A stretch of DNA of 63,533 nt, counting the filler, from Octopus bimaculoides (lineage: Eukaryota), in assembly GCF_001194135.2 (NCBI RefSeq). It is 6 parts of 6 records of this genome, joined end to end, with 100 filler letters (N's around TTAATTAATTAA, not from the genome) between each part and the next. Parts side by side here need not be neighbours in the genome. Positions count along the whole stretch, not along the records: positions 19,773 to 31,384 come from NC_069010.1; positions 31,485 to 47,067 come from NC_068997.1; 4 more parts are not named here. One strand, given 5' to 3'. Each line of letters opens with the position of its first letter. Position 1 is the first letter of the stretch. Position numbers and translations under genes: made by a program. Under the pieces are notes generated by a model. It did no database searches. It saw only the letters and a list, made by a program, of their open reading frames with translations, and was not told where the DNA came from. Positions 24,861 to 35,953 of the stretch are shown here, in pieces.

Positions 24861-25261
24861 CTCTCATTTACTCGTTTCAGTCATTTGACTGTAGCCATGC
24901 TGGAGCACCGCCTTTAGTCGAGCAAATCGACCCCAGGACATATTCTTTGGGAGCCTAGTACTTATTCTATCGGTCTCTCTTTTGCCGAACCGCTAAGTTA
25001 CGGGGACGTAAACACACCAGCATCGGTTGTCAAGCGATGTTGGGGGGGACAAACACAGACACACAAACACACATGCACATATATATACATATACATATAT
25101 ACGACAGGCTTCTTTCAGTTTCCGTCTACTAAATCCACTCACAAGTCTTTGGTCGGCCCGAGGCTATAGTAGAAGACACTTGCCCAAGGTGCCATGCAGT
25201 TGGACTGAACCTGGAACCGTGTGGTTGGTAAGCAAGCTACTTACCACACAGCCACTCCTGC
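24861..25261 (-). mobile_element. SINE family A, full length and the best preserved copy
   Basis: Minus strand: gcaggagtggctgtgtggtaagtagcttg...gttcagtcca (tRNA-like head), internal TA/TG microsatellite, tail ...gactgaaacgagtaaatgagag. Confidence 0.9.
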
Positions 25262-25904
25262 AATTNNNNNNNNNNNNNNNNNNNNNNNNNNNNNNNNNNN
25301 NNNNNNNNNNNNNNNNNNNNNNNNNNNNNNNNNNNNNNNNNNNNNNNNNNNNNNNNNNNNNNNNNNNNNNNNNNNNNNNNNNNNNNNNNNNNNNNNNNNN
25401 NNNNNNNNNNNNNNNNNNNNNNNNNNNNNNNNNNNNNNNNNNNNNNNNNNNNNNNNNNNNNNNNNNNNNNNNNNNNNNNNNNNNNNNNNNNNNNNNNNNN
25501 NNNNNNNNNNNNNNNNNNNNNNNNNNNNNNNNNNNNNNNNNNNNNNNNNNNNNAGCCATGGTCCTGCTTCGGTGCATCATCGTTCCATTAAATGTGTTTA
25601 TGGGGAGAAAAATACTGATAAACACCAATACGTGTCAGAGTGACAAAGAAACGAGGAAAATATCAGGTGGTCGTGATATGTGCTAAAAACAACAGTTAAA
25701 ATCACTCTCAAAATAAATTTTTCGTTTTTTGTTGCATAATCATATGAATTCCCACGCATAGAAAACAAACGCACAAAAATTTTCTGAAGTTTCCAAGAAA
25801 TAACAAAGTTATGATGAGATATTTTGAGGTGCTTAAACCAGAATTCTACCCCCTCTTCTTTTATATTCTTATTCAGGCCTTTTTTTTTTTTTGTTTCTTT
25901 GCTC

Positions 25905-26130
25905 TTTTAGAACATCAATCATTTCTTGTAATTTCTCACTGCTGTCTGCCAATAAAGCCGTATCATCAGCATATCTAATATTGTTAATGTTTATGTTAAT
26001 GACTACAAATCCTTTGATTTCATTTGATTTGCTGACTATAAATTCAGTATAGATATTAAATAGGCATGGTTATAAAACACATCCTTGTCTTATGCCTCTT
26101 TTGATCTTTGCTGGTTCTGAAAAGTTCCTG
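25905..26130 (-). mobile_element. RTE-clade LINE reverse transcriptase core fragment
   Basis: KIKRGIRQGCVL*PCLFNIYTEFIV...NNIRYADDTALLADSSEKLQEMIDVL; YADD at about 25962-25973. Confidence 0.8.
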
Positions 26131-26161
26131 CTCTTCTCTAACGGCTGATTTTTCTCTTTTG

Positions 26162-26192
<31 letters not shown>

Positions 26193-26220
26193 GATTCCAA
26201 TATAACACATATTATATTAA

Positions 26221-26840
26221 GGTGACAAGCTGGCAGAACCATTAGCTGTTGTTGGCACTCCGTCACTTACGACGTCGAGGGTTCCAGTTGATCCGATCAA
26301 CGGAACAGCCTGCTGCTCGTGAGATTAACGTGCAAGTGGCTGAGCACTCCACAGACACACATACCCTTAACGTAGTTCTCGGGGAGATTCAGCGTGACAC
26401 AGAGTGTGACAAGGCTGACCCTTTGAATTACAGGCACAACAGAAACAGGAAGAAAGAGTGAGAGAAAGTTGTGGTGGAAGAGTACAGCAGGGTTCGCGAC
26501 CATCCCCTGCCGGAGCCTCGTGGAGCTTTAGGTGTTTTCGCTCAATAAACACTCGCAACGCCCGGTCTGGGAATCGAAACGGCGATCCTATGACTGCGAA
26601 TCCGCTGCCCTAACCACTGGGCCATTGCGCTTCCACAGAACCATTAGCACACTGGGCAAAATGCACAGCAGTATTTCGTCTGTCTTTACATTCTGAGTTC
26701 AAATTCTGCTGAAGTCAACTTTGCCTTTCATCATTTTAGGGTCGATAAAATAAGTACCAGGCATACACTGAGGTCGATGTAATCAACTTGGCTCCTTCTT
26801 CCAAAACTGCTGGCCTTGTGCCAAAATTTCAAACCAATAT
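26221..26840 (+). mobile_element. tRNA-derived SINE family B, interrupted by a family C-type SINE
   Basis: ggtgacaagctggcagaaccattagc [insert] ...gtatttcgtctgtctttacattctgagttcaaattc...gggtcgataaaataagtacc...ggccttgtgcc. Confidence 0.85.
26247..26635 (-). mobile_element. Young full-length SINE (family C variant) with 13-bp TSD
   Basis: TSD cagaaccattagc at 26234-26246 and 26636-26648. Head GGAAGCGCAATGGCCCAGTGG (A box)...GTTTCGATTCC (B box); ends ...gtgccaacaacagc. Confidence 0.9.
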
Positions 26841-26862
26841 AACACAGATAATTATGATATCC

Positions 26863-27075
26863 TTGTGCATGGTGCAGTGGTTAGAGCATCGGGCTCACAA
26901 ACATATGGTAGTGAGTTCAATTCCCGGACCGGGTTGTGTGTTGTATTCTTGAGCGAGTCACTTTATTTCACATTGCTCCAGTTCACACTCAGCTGTAGAA
27001 ATGAATTGCGATGTCACAGATGCCAAGCTGTATCGGCCCCTTTGCCTTTCCCTTGGATAACATCAAGGGTGTGGA
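26863..27075 (+). mobile_element. SINE with family C head and core but a different 3' region
   Basis: gcatggtgcagtggttagagc...gagttcaattccc...cttgagcgagtcactttatttcacattgctccag...cagctgtagaaatga, then sequence unrelated to the family C tail. Confidence 0.65.
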
Positions 27076-27288
27076 GAGGTGACTGCTGGATTTGTGACTT
27101 GCAGGGGAACTCACTAGATCCAATCCCATGATCAGTCATGACCAAAGGGGGGGGGGGTTCTTTACTCTATCTATATATATGCTACCAGATATAGTTAAAC
27201 AGGGATTGAAACATGACTGATGTTGCATTTAGCTGGTAGACCGGATAAAAATTTGTTGTTTGCAATAGAGGCAATATTAATTGAATAT

Positions 27289-27440
27289 GGCATGGGTGTG
27301 GCTGTGCAGAAAGAAGCTTGCTTCGCAAACACATGGTTCTGGTTTCAGTCCCACTGCGTGGCACCTTGGTTAAGTTTCATCGACAATAGCCTCAGGCTGA
27401 CCAAAGACTAATGAGTGGATTTGGTAGACAGAAGCCTGTC

Positions 27441-27443
<3 letters not shown>
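27289..27443 (+). mobile_element. SINE family A, 5' half (runs into TA repeat and gap)
   Basis: gtggctgtgcagaaagaagcttgc...gggtttc-type block cagtcccactgcgtggcaccttgg...gagtggatttggtagac. Confidence 0.8.
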
Positions 27444-27486
<43 letters not shown>

Positions 27487-28146
27487 NNNNNNNNNNNNNN
27501 NNNNNNNNNNNNNNNNNNNNNNNNNNNNNNNNNNNNNNNNNNNNNNNNNNNNNNNNNNNNNNNNNNNNNNNNNNNNNNNNNNNNNNNNNNNNNNNNNNNN
27601 NNNNNNNNNNNNNNNNNNNNNNNNNNNNNNNNNNNNNNNNNNNNNNNNNNNNNNNNNNNNNNNNNNNNNNNNNNNNNNNNNNNNNNNNNNNNNNNNNNNN
27701 NNNNNNNNNNNNNNNNNNNNNNNNNNNNNNNNNNNNNNNNNNNNNNNNNNNNNNNNNNNNNNNNNNNNNNNNNNNNNNNNNNNNNNNNNNNNNNNNNNNN
27801 NNNNNNNNNNNNNNNNNNNNNNNNNNNNNNNNNNNNNNNNNNNNNNNNNNNNNNNNNNNNNNNNNNNNNNNNNNNNNNNNNNNNNNNNNNNNNNNNNNNN
27901 NNNNNNNNNNNNNNNNNNNNNNNNNNNNNNNNNNNNNNNNNNNNNNNNNNNNNNNNNNNNNNNNNNNNNNNNNNNNNNNNNNNNNNNNNNNNNNNNNNNN
28001 NNNNNNNNNNNNNNNNNNNNNNNNNNNNNNNNNNNNNNNNNNNNNNNNNNNNNNNNNNNNNNNNNNNNNNNNNNNNNNNNNNNNNNNNNNNNNNNNNNNN
28101 NNNNNNNNNNNNNNNNNNNNNNNNNNNNNNNNNNNNNNNNNNNNNN

Positions 28147-28400
28147 AAGAAATACCTTAAATAAATGAGATGTGAAGCTGATAGCTCTAAAGTCAGAGCA
28201 CTCAGTGGCCATAGATTATTCCAGCAAGGTGATAAATACCAAAAATCGGAAATCTTCAAGGAGGTGTCCAAAGTCATAAATGTCATTGGAAAGTTCTGTG
28301 AATTTGTCATCACCGTAATCCTCAAGTGTTTTCAATAATTCTTGTTATTGTGTCAGGGGCCCTTGAGTTTTCCTGTTTTCCTCGTCATCTTCTTGCTGGT
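28147..28400 (-). mobile_element. RTE-clade LINE RT N-terminal fragment
   Basis: QGPDTI..ELLKTLEDYGDDKFTELSNDIYDFGHLLEDF..VFITL...ATECSDFRAISFTSHLFKVFL, with frameshifts. Confidence 0.7.
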
Positions 28401-28692
28401 CTTAATAGATGTTTTGAAGTCGGAGGTGGAACATGGTGTCAAGAAGATTAGAAGGGGAAAAAGGTGAAGCCCCCAGGGCTCAGCACAAATAACGTGTGAA
28501 ATGTTATAGCCATTACAAGCTTATGGTATCGACAGATTCACAGATGTGTACACGCGCACGCGTGCGCATGCACATACACAGACACAGACACACAAACACA
28601 CATGCACGGATATAGATACATATATATACACCTACTTATATATGTATGCTATGTATGCATATACACATACACACATGTATATGTATACATAC

Positions 28693-28725
<33 letters not shown>

Positions 28726-29079
28726 NNNNNNNNNNTCTGCCTGTCTCTGTTTCACTTGTTAACTCTTGTGGGTTCGAAGAAGGAGTGCTATGATAGTAGC
28801 AGTGTTAATTGGTCGGGTGTCCTAACATTGACCTGTTGATGGACTTGTTTTGAAGTCGGAGGTGGAACATGGTGTCAAGAAGATTAGAAGGGGAAAAAGG
28901 TGAAGCCCCCAGGGCTCAGCATTATAAACAATACAGTGATCTGTATTGTTTATAATGTTTGCGTGGGTGTTATTCTAGACAGCAGTAGTAGTACTAAAGT
29001 AAGGGAGGAGGTGTATGAATGTATATGTGTACATATATATATATATATATAATACACACACACACAACACACACATATA

Positions 29080-29873
29080 CAGGGTGTTCCAAAAGTCACT
29101 GATGGGTTTCAATTTTTGATAACTTTCTTAACTTTACAAATAAATGCATGAAATTTTGCTACAGTATAAAGGAAATAATGGAAATTAATATACCTAAGTC
29201 AAATTTTGCAACACCACTACATCACATCTGAAAAATGACATCTTTTAAATGGCAGCCATTCTTGGCTTCGCCCACCCGTGCTCTTTCCAAAACTTGCACC
29301 ACAATACCCTGAAGAGTTTCAGACCCCACTTCTCTGATTTCTCTACTGATGTTCTCCTTCACTTGCACCAGGGTCTCCAGTTTGTTGACATAAACACTCT
29401 CTTTCGGGCATCCCCACAAGAAAAAATCCGGGCTAGTCAAGCCTGAGGAATGTGAAGGCCAGTTGACATTGCTGTAGCAGGAGATTATTCTCTCTCCAAA
29501 GCACTGCTGTAGCAACTGCATTGTTTCTCTTGTGGTATGAGCAGTTGCCTCATCTCCCTGGAACTGTGTGTGAGGTCTCTACTTTGAGTGGCCTTCCTGT
29601 TCCTCAGATTTGACTAGCCCAAATTTTTGCTTGTGGGGAAACCTGAAAGAGAAGGTTTATGTCAAGAAACCAGAGACCTTGGTGCAACTGAAGGAGAACA
29701 TTGATAGAGAAATCAGAGAAGTAGGGTCTGAAACTCTTGAGGGTGTTATGGTGCAAGTTTTGGAAAGAGCATGGGCATGCAAAGCCAGAAATGACAGTCA
29801 TTTAAACGATGTCATTTTTCATATGTGATGTAGCGGTGTTGCAAAATTTGACTTGTGCATATTAATTTCCATA
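29080..29873. mobile_element. Fold-back derivative of a DD41D (rosa/VS) Tc1/mariner element
   Basis: TA|cagggtgttccaaaag TIR. Minus-strand transposase C-terminus FQGDEATAH...WPSHSSGLTSPDFFLWG has 41 residues between the two Ds. An inverted copy of the same C-terminus lies at 29601-29873. Confidence 0.8.
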
Positions 29874-29904
29874 GTGGGACACAATACTCGATTTAACAAC
29901 AAAT

Positions 29905-30085
29905 TAAAAGCACCCACTACACTCTCTGAGTGGTTGGCATTAGGAAGGGCATCCAGCTGTAGAAACTCTGCTAAATCAGATTGGAGCCTGGAGTAGCCAT
30001 CTGGTTCACCAGTCCTCAGTCAAATCGTCCAACCCATGCTAGCATGGAAAGCGGACGTTAAACAATGATAATGATGATGATGATG
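29905..30085 (+). mobile_element. RTE LINE 3' end
   Basis: aaagcacccactacactctctgagtggttggcattaggaagggcatccagctgtagaaac...gttaaacaatgataatgatg. Confidence 0.8.
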
Positions 30086-30114
30086 TAAACACACACACAC
30101 ACACACACACACAT

Positions 30115-30268
30115 TAGGTGGAAGAATGACTATGTGGTTGAGATGTTTGCCTCCCAAGCACATGGTTCCTTATTCAGTCCCTCTGCATGGTACCTTGGGT
30201 AAGTGTTTTCTATTGCAGCCCGGGCCAACAACAGGTCTGTGACACAATTTGGTAGACAGAAACTGCAG
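30115..30268 (+). mobile_element. SINE family A, 5' half (degraded)
   Basis: cacatggttcc...ttcagtcc...gtaccttgggtaagtg...atttggtagacagaaactg. Confidence 0.6.
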
Positions 30269-30424
30269 CATTGGTCATAAGAAAATGACCGAAAAACATG
30301 TTTATAAGGAAGGGCTGTTTGCTTCACATGCCTCATGTGCTAATTCTGCCTATAAGAAAGGAACAAATAATACAATGTGGCGCAGGTCATAAAACCCGGG
30401 CAACGCCGAGGTGAGGTATGTAGA

Positions 30425-31136
30425 ACATGTCGGGAGGAATGCTTCAAGCACGGGTTGCTAGAAGATGGAGCACAGTGTCATACAACGCTGGCAGAGGGCG
30501 CCCAAAAGTCTCAAAGTATTGTTTGCAGTGATATTGCAAACATGCATGTCATGTGATCCCAGTTCTTTGTGGTTCAAGTACAGAGATGTGGAAAGGGAGA
30601 TAACATCTTCATACCAAAGATTCCCCTTATTCTGTCAGAAGCAGAAATCCCCTTTACTTTCAGGTGGCTGCAATTTCTTGTTCGTGTAAGTTTTGCGACA
30701 TCCAGCAACAAATCACAGGGGTAAATGCACTCTGTGGCAGGACTTCACCTGGAGGACTCATTAGCAGCGCTGCCGAAGTTGGTAAGTTTGTATAGTTTTG
30801 TATGTTTTTACCGAAAAATTGACCGCATTGTATGTTTTAGAGATTTTTAAATTTCAATATTCTTTCTTTCCCATATGTATTTTCATAAATTTCAAGTCAT
30901 TACACACCCATTTATTTCAAATTTTCTAAGAAAAACCAGTATTTTTCTCTATTTTTGTGATTATCACGTATTTCAAAAATATTTTGTAGGTTTTTGTGAA
31001 TTTTGGTATGTTTTGGCATGGAATTCTTCACAATTTTCAAAGAAGCTTTGACGGTGCTGGCCATTAGACTAGAAAATAAGTGTTCTTAGAATGACAAAGC
31101 ATACACACCCTGAGCAACACTGGGTACCTCTGCTAG
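30425..31136 (+). mobile_element. Internally deleted Helitron
   Basis: RepHel remnants TCREECFKHGLLED..PKSLKVLFAVILQTCMSCDPSSLWFKYRD are fused to Pif1 C-terminal FIPKIPLI...FTFRWLQFLVRVSFA.SSNKSQG. The 3' end has a hairpin ccctgagcaacactggg then CTAG|T at 31133-31137. Confidence 0.8.
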
Positions 31137-31167
31137 TATATATATATATATATGTGTGTGTGTATAT

Positions 31168-31384
31168 ATCATCATCATCATCATCATCATCGTTTAACGT
31201 CCGCTTTCCATGCTAGCATGGGTTGGACGATTTGACTGAGGACTGGTGAAACCGGATGGCAACACCAGGCTCCATTCTGATTTGGCAGAGTTTCTACAGC
31301 TGGATGCCCTTCCTAACGCCAACCACTCAGAGAGTGTAGTGGGTGCTTTTACGTGTCACCCGCACGAAAACGGCCACGCTCGCC
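31168..31384 (-). mobile_element. RTE LINE 3' end (young-looking)
   Basis: (CAT)n cgtttaacgtccgctttccatgctagcatgggttggacg...gtttctacagctggatgcccttcctaacgccaacc. Confidence 0.85.
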
Positions 31385-31484
31385 NNNNNNNNNNNNNNNN
31401 NNNNNNNNNNNNNNNNNNNNNNNNNNNNTTAATTAATTAANNNNNNNNNNNNNNNNNNNNNNNNNNNNNNNNNNNNNNNNNNNN

Positions 31485-31555
<71 letters not shown>

Positions 31556-31840
31556 AACAGACACACACGCAATAGGAAAAAATTTTAAATTATCATTAAA
31601 TCAGTTTTTTTGTACTTGGCAGACTAACAGAATACTTTTTGCAATGCTGGGATTTTGCGATTGAGAACATTTCTGGTAGTGACACTGTTCTCGTATTTGT
31701 AAGAGGGTCGTAGGGTTCTCTGTCTCTCTTTCTCTCTCTTCTTCCAGCCTCTCTCTTCCTCCAGCCTCTCTCTAACTCCAGCATCTCTCTTCCTCCAGCC
31801 TCTCTCACAGAAACTTACACACATACATATATGTCTATCT

Positions 31841-32147
31841 TTTATCTTTTGCTTGTTTCAAATATTTAGTCTGTGGCCATGATGGGGCTCTGCCTTGAAG
31901 AACTTTTAGTTGAATGAATTGGTCGTCTTTTTTATGGCCCACCTAGTTCTTTTGCCGAACCGTTAAGCTACGACACACAAACACACCAACACCGGTTGTC
32001 AAGCGGTGGCGGGGGTGGTGGTGGTGAGCACAGACACAAAAGACAGACAAACAGACAGATAAACACTTGCACACACATCTATACAGGAAGGGTTTCTTTC
32101 AGTTACCGTCTGCCAAATTAACTCACGAGGCTTCGGTCAACCCGAGG
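31841..32147 (-). mobile_element. SINE family A, 5'-truncated and joined to the adjacent LINE
   Basis: Tail and body present; the head is replaced by LINE RT sequence at cctcggg. Confidence 0.75.
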
Positions 32148-34790
32148 TACGTGAAATCATTACCATGACCGACGGAATCTCTGCTGGTGTTGGAAACAGA
32201 CCCTTGTTGATTGTAAGCCATGGACTTTATTCTACTAGAATTCGCAAGCAGCTCAACATCATGTGCGGATAATTGTAGACTATGAAATAATTGGGTGGAG
32301 TTTGATATTCTGTGAGAGAGCAAGACTAAATCATAAGCGTAGTCTACATCAGTTTTTTTTCAGTTTTTTTTAGTTGAATGAATTGGTCGTCTTTTTTATG
32401 GCCCACCTAGTTCTTTTGCCGAACCGTTAAGCTANNNNNNNNNNNNNNNNNNNNNNNNNNNNNNNNNNNNNNNNNNNNNNNNNNNNNNNNNNNNNGATAT
32501 TCTGTGAGAGAGCAAGACTAAATCATAAGCGTAGTCTACATCAGTTTTTTTTCAGCTTGATGTCCGGTTGAGCTTCCTTTCCCGAATGTGAAACCGAGGC
32601 TGTTTAGATTGTTAAGAGATGTTCTGAGGACATAATCCAGAGTAATCACAAAGAAAAAAGGTGCCAATGTGTCTCCTTGGAATATTTTTCGGATCTGATA
32701 TCAAAGAAACCAAATTAATGGCAAGGTCCCGAGACGGAAGTGTCAAAGAAACTTGTATTTCCTTCTGGGAGCCTTACCGTTGATTTGGTGTTTTCATGGA
32801 GCGTTGTAATTGCTGTTGTTGTTTCCTCAGGGATACCGTAGGCCAGTAGCATTTTCCCATTTTACCATGGTAGCTAAAGTCAAAAGCTTTTGAGAAATCA
32901 GCAAACAGTAATACCGCTTCAAAATTTCTGGCTTTTACTCTTTTCAATAGACGACTTACTGTTAGTATTTGTCCGACAGATGGTCTATTTTTCTGAAGCC
33001 ATTTTGATTTCTTAAAATTTCCACAATTTCTGGTGAATTATAAATTTTTGAAGCGATGGCTATAATTGTGATGCCTCTGTAGTTCTTTGTGAGGTCCAAA
33101 TCGTCTTTCTTTGGAAATGGGAATATGCAGCCTTCTGTCCATTTGTCAATGTTACCTCCATTGTAGAATGTATTGCAGAAACGTAACAAAATATCACTGA
33201 ATTCTCCTCTTTACAAAACTTCAGGGGGAATGTTATCCAGTCCAGCAACCTTTCAGTTTTTGGTATTTTTAAGGACCTCTTTCAATTCGTCAATGGTGAA
33301 ATCATCAGTTATGATATCAAAGGTGTGGTCAATAATTGATGTTACCTCTATATCAGATACTGAGGTATATTCCCAGGCAAAATTTGAAAACAATCCTTTT
33401 ACTTTTCTAAGCGTTCCTGAGGAAATTTAGCTTTTTGGCGCCCGCTTATTTAGTTTACTGTCTTCCATGCTAGTTATGATTGCTTGTCTGCTGCAGCATG
33501 TTTAAATTGATTCATTTTACTTTCGATGTAGCTTCGTTGTTGAGATTGATACAGGTCTACTAGTTATTTCTGTAGCTTATTGAAATTGGCTTCATTTGAG
33601 GGGTTTGGACGAATAATTTTAGCTTGAGCCACTTCTTTCAGGTGTCTTCTCTTGTTTATTATGTCTTGGTCATCCCAAAGGAGTCGTTTATTAGTTCTTG
33701 GTTGTATGCGTATGATCCCTTTTGCAACTTCTGAGTGGGGCGTTACAAAATTATTGTATGTTATGTTGGAGATTTTCTTCATTTGTTTCTAACTGCTATG
33801 GTGTATTGATTGTAGATTTCTCTGTTGTTCTTTAAAACTGATCAGTCATATGCGGGCCTAGGGACTAATTTGGTTTTGTTAGCTCTATGGCTAAGGCAAA
33901 ATTTCGATGTGACAATTTTGTGGTTGCTGTTCACTCCTTCAAAAGTATTGCAAGACTCACTGTTTAAGGCAGTATTCACTCTTTTCTTGTTGATTAGCAT
34001 GTAATCTAGCTTGGCATTCGAGTCATTGGCATAGGTGAATGTACATAGGTTGGAGGGTTTCTTTTGGAATTTGGCATTTAGATATACTAACTGATTTTCA
34101 AGAATAAATTCAGTTAGATATTAGCTATTTCTGTTCATGGGTGTGTGGAATGTGTATTTATGGGCTACGGATCTTTCGAGATCTTCAATTATGAGAGCAC
34201 TGTGCTTTGGTATTTGTCTCGTTGATGTGGAGAGAACCTGATAAATATTGGAAACCTTTCCTTCGTCTGCTGTGTTTCTTGGTGAATAATAAGATATGAG
34301 TAATGTTTCTGGATTTCCTTGAAAAGACGCTACTATTATTCTTGCCTGAATGTCTATTATGCTGATTTGAGGGTAACCGGGCTTAGCAGCATGCCTACAT
34401 CACCAATGGTGGAATTGGCAGAGTTCTTCCAAGCTGAGTCTGAGATGAAAGTTCAGCCACTACTAGTATCATAGTATTTCAGTTCATTACCGTCGTGATA
34501 AGGCTTGTGTTCTTGCACACGGATACCACGAATTTTGTGCTTGATGGCCAAGGCAACAAGTTCAGAGAGTTGGTTTAGTTTTCTGAGGTTATGCACATTG
34601 AAGATAGAAACAAGAGCATTTTGTTTGCACTTCAGAAATTTATGCTCTGTTTAGCTCTGCGTCCCACTGTTTGAGCACTGAACCAGAGCCGGGACTACAG
34701 CAGAAAGCGCTTCTTGTTTGGCCGCGCGACAAGCGATGCGGGATGAGTTTTTACAGTTAACGCGAGTCATGGAATGTCTTTCAATTGCTA
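32148..34790 (-). mobile_element. Decayed APE+RT non-LTR retrotransposon (RTE/RTEX-like)
   Basis: APE remnants: SIFNVHNLR...VQEH...LISYYSP...LDYMLIN...SNHKIV. RT remnants: KWTEGCIFPFPKKDDLDLTKNYRGITI..ASKIYN...NQNGFR...LFADFSKAFD...GDTLAPFLFVITLDYVLR...DYAYDL...DFTYLG. Many stops and frameshifts. Confidence 0.85.
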
Positions 34791-35729
34791 AATCTTTGTC
34801 TATGGTTGTTGGTCTTATAAACAATTGCAGTGTCAGTCAACCTGACAGGTTTCCCATATCAAGATTCATTAAAGTGTAATTTGTTCTGCAACGTGGGAAG
34901 AAATCCAACGACAAAGTATCATTCATTCTTTACTGCCATCCTACCTTCCAATGATAGTGACATTTTCGCTCTTTGCAGGGCTTCAGGATTTCACCATGAT
35001 CCTGGTAGGGTGGCTTACAGGTACTGTGTCTTGCCAAAGGGCAATGTGTCATCTTGTCCGGGACTGGTTACTGAGTATTTTCATCACCATACACCATATA
35101 TATATATATATATATAGTAAAAGACAAAGGATTAATGTCCGAAATGTGTCCGCTTAAACACTTCTATAAACACCGGCTATCAAATGTATATCTGTAGGGT
35201 GGGGGGGCTATCTTTGAGAAGAAAACCACCAATACAACCTAAAACTCCGGGTCAAATGAATTCAGTCGAAGGCTGAAATTTAAGATTTGTGAGTTTTCGA
35301 TTTAATTAATTGATTAGTTAATTAATTAAGGTATGTACACACCCACACATAGAAATACACTCACACAATAAGAAATGTAGGGAATCCTTTCTTGAATATA
35401 CATACAATTTTAAACCTGATTCCATCAGACCGGAGATTTTATTACTTTGTGGATAGAACAACTAGCATCAAGCTGTCCAGTTCCTTGTCTTCTCAAAGTA
35501 AAACCCTTCCTCTGATTTCCATAGAAATATTAGTAGTTTATATTTAAAGTGCATACAAACGTCGACTTAGCTAAACTGGTCTGTTTAATTTGCATAACAA
35601 TGCCAGTAATGACAACGTGGGTACATTTAGTCGAAGTTCGTAACGCGGCCGTTGTGTGTAATTTGAAATGGTATATGTAATACTCTATTCAAACCAATTA
35701 AAAGACTTGTTTCTTCCGGGTCTCACATG

Positions 35730-35855
35730 GCAGATGAAATGCTAACACAAGAAATGAAAAGATATGCAGTCATTGTTGCTATAAGTGCGGAACATGGTGA
35801 TTTAGAAATTGCTATCTTTCTAAATGTTGCAAAATCTTTTCTACACAAACTTCCG

Positions 35856-35953
<98 letters not shown>

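Noticed and set aside
26560-26635. tRNA-like sequences (also 14250-14311, 26863-26930)
   Set aside because: These are SINE heads with A and B boxes continuing into SINE bodies; no complete cloverleaf, so not tRNA genes.
28413-28921. Identical ~70-bp RT-like segment (LKSEVEHGVKKIRRGK) on both sides of the 28726-28735 gap
   Set aside because: Perfect identity across a small gap suggests misassembly or haplotype duplication. A twin-priming inversion was considered but is not supportable.
32304-32556. Exact local duplications (32371-32434 copies about 31908-31971; 32497-32556 copies 32304-32363)
   Set aside because: Identical copies flanking an N gap; most likely a scaffolding or gap-closing artefact.
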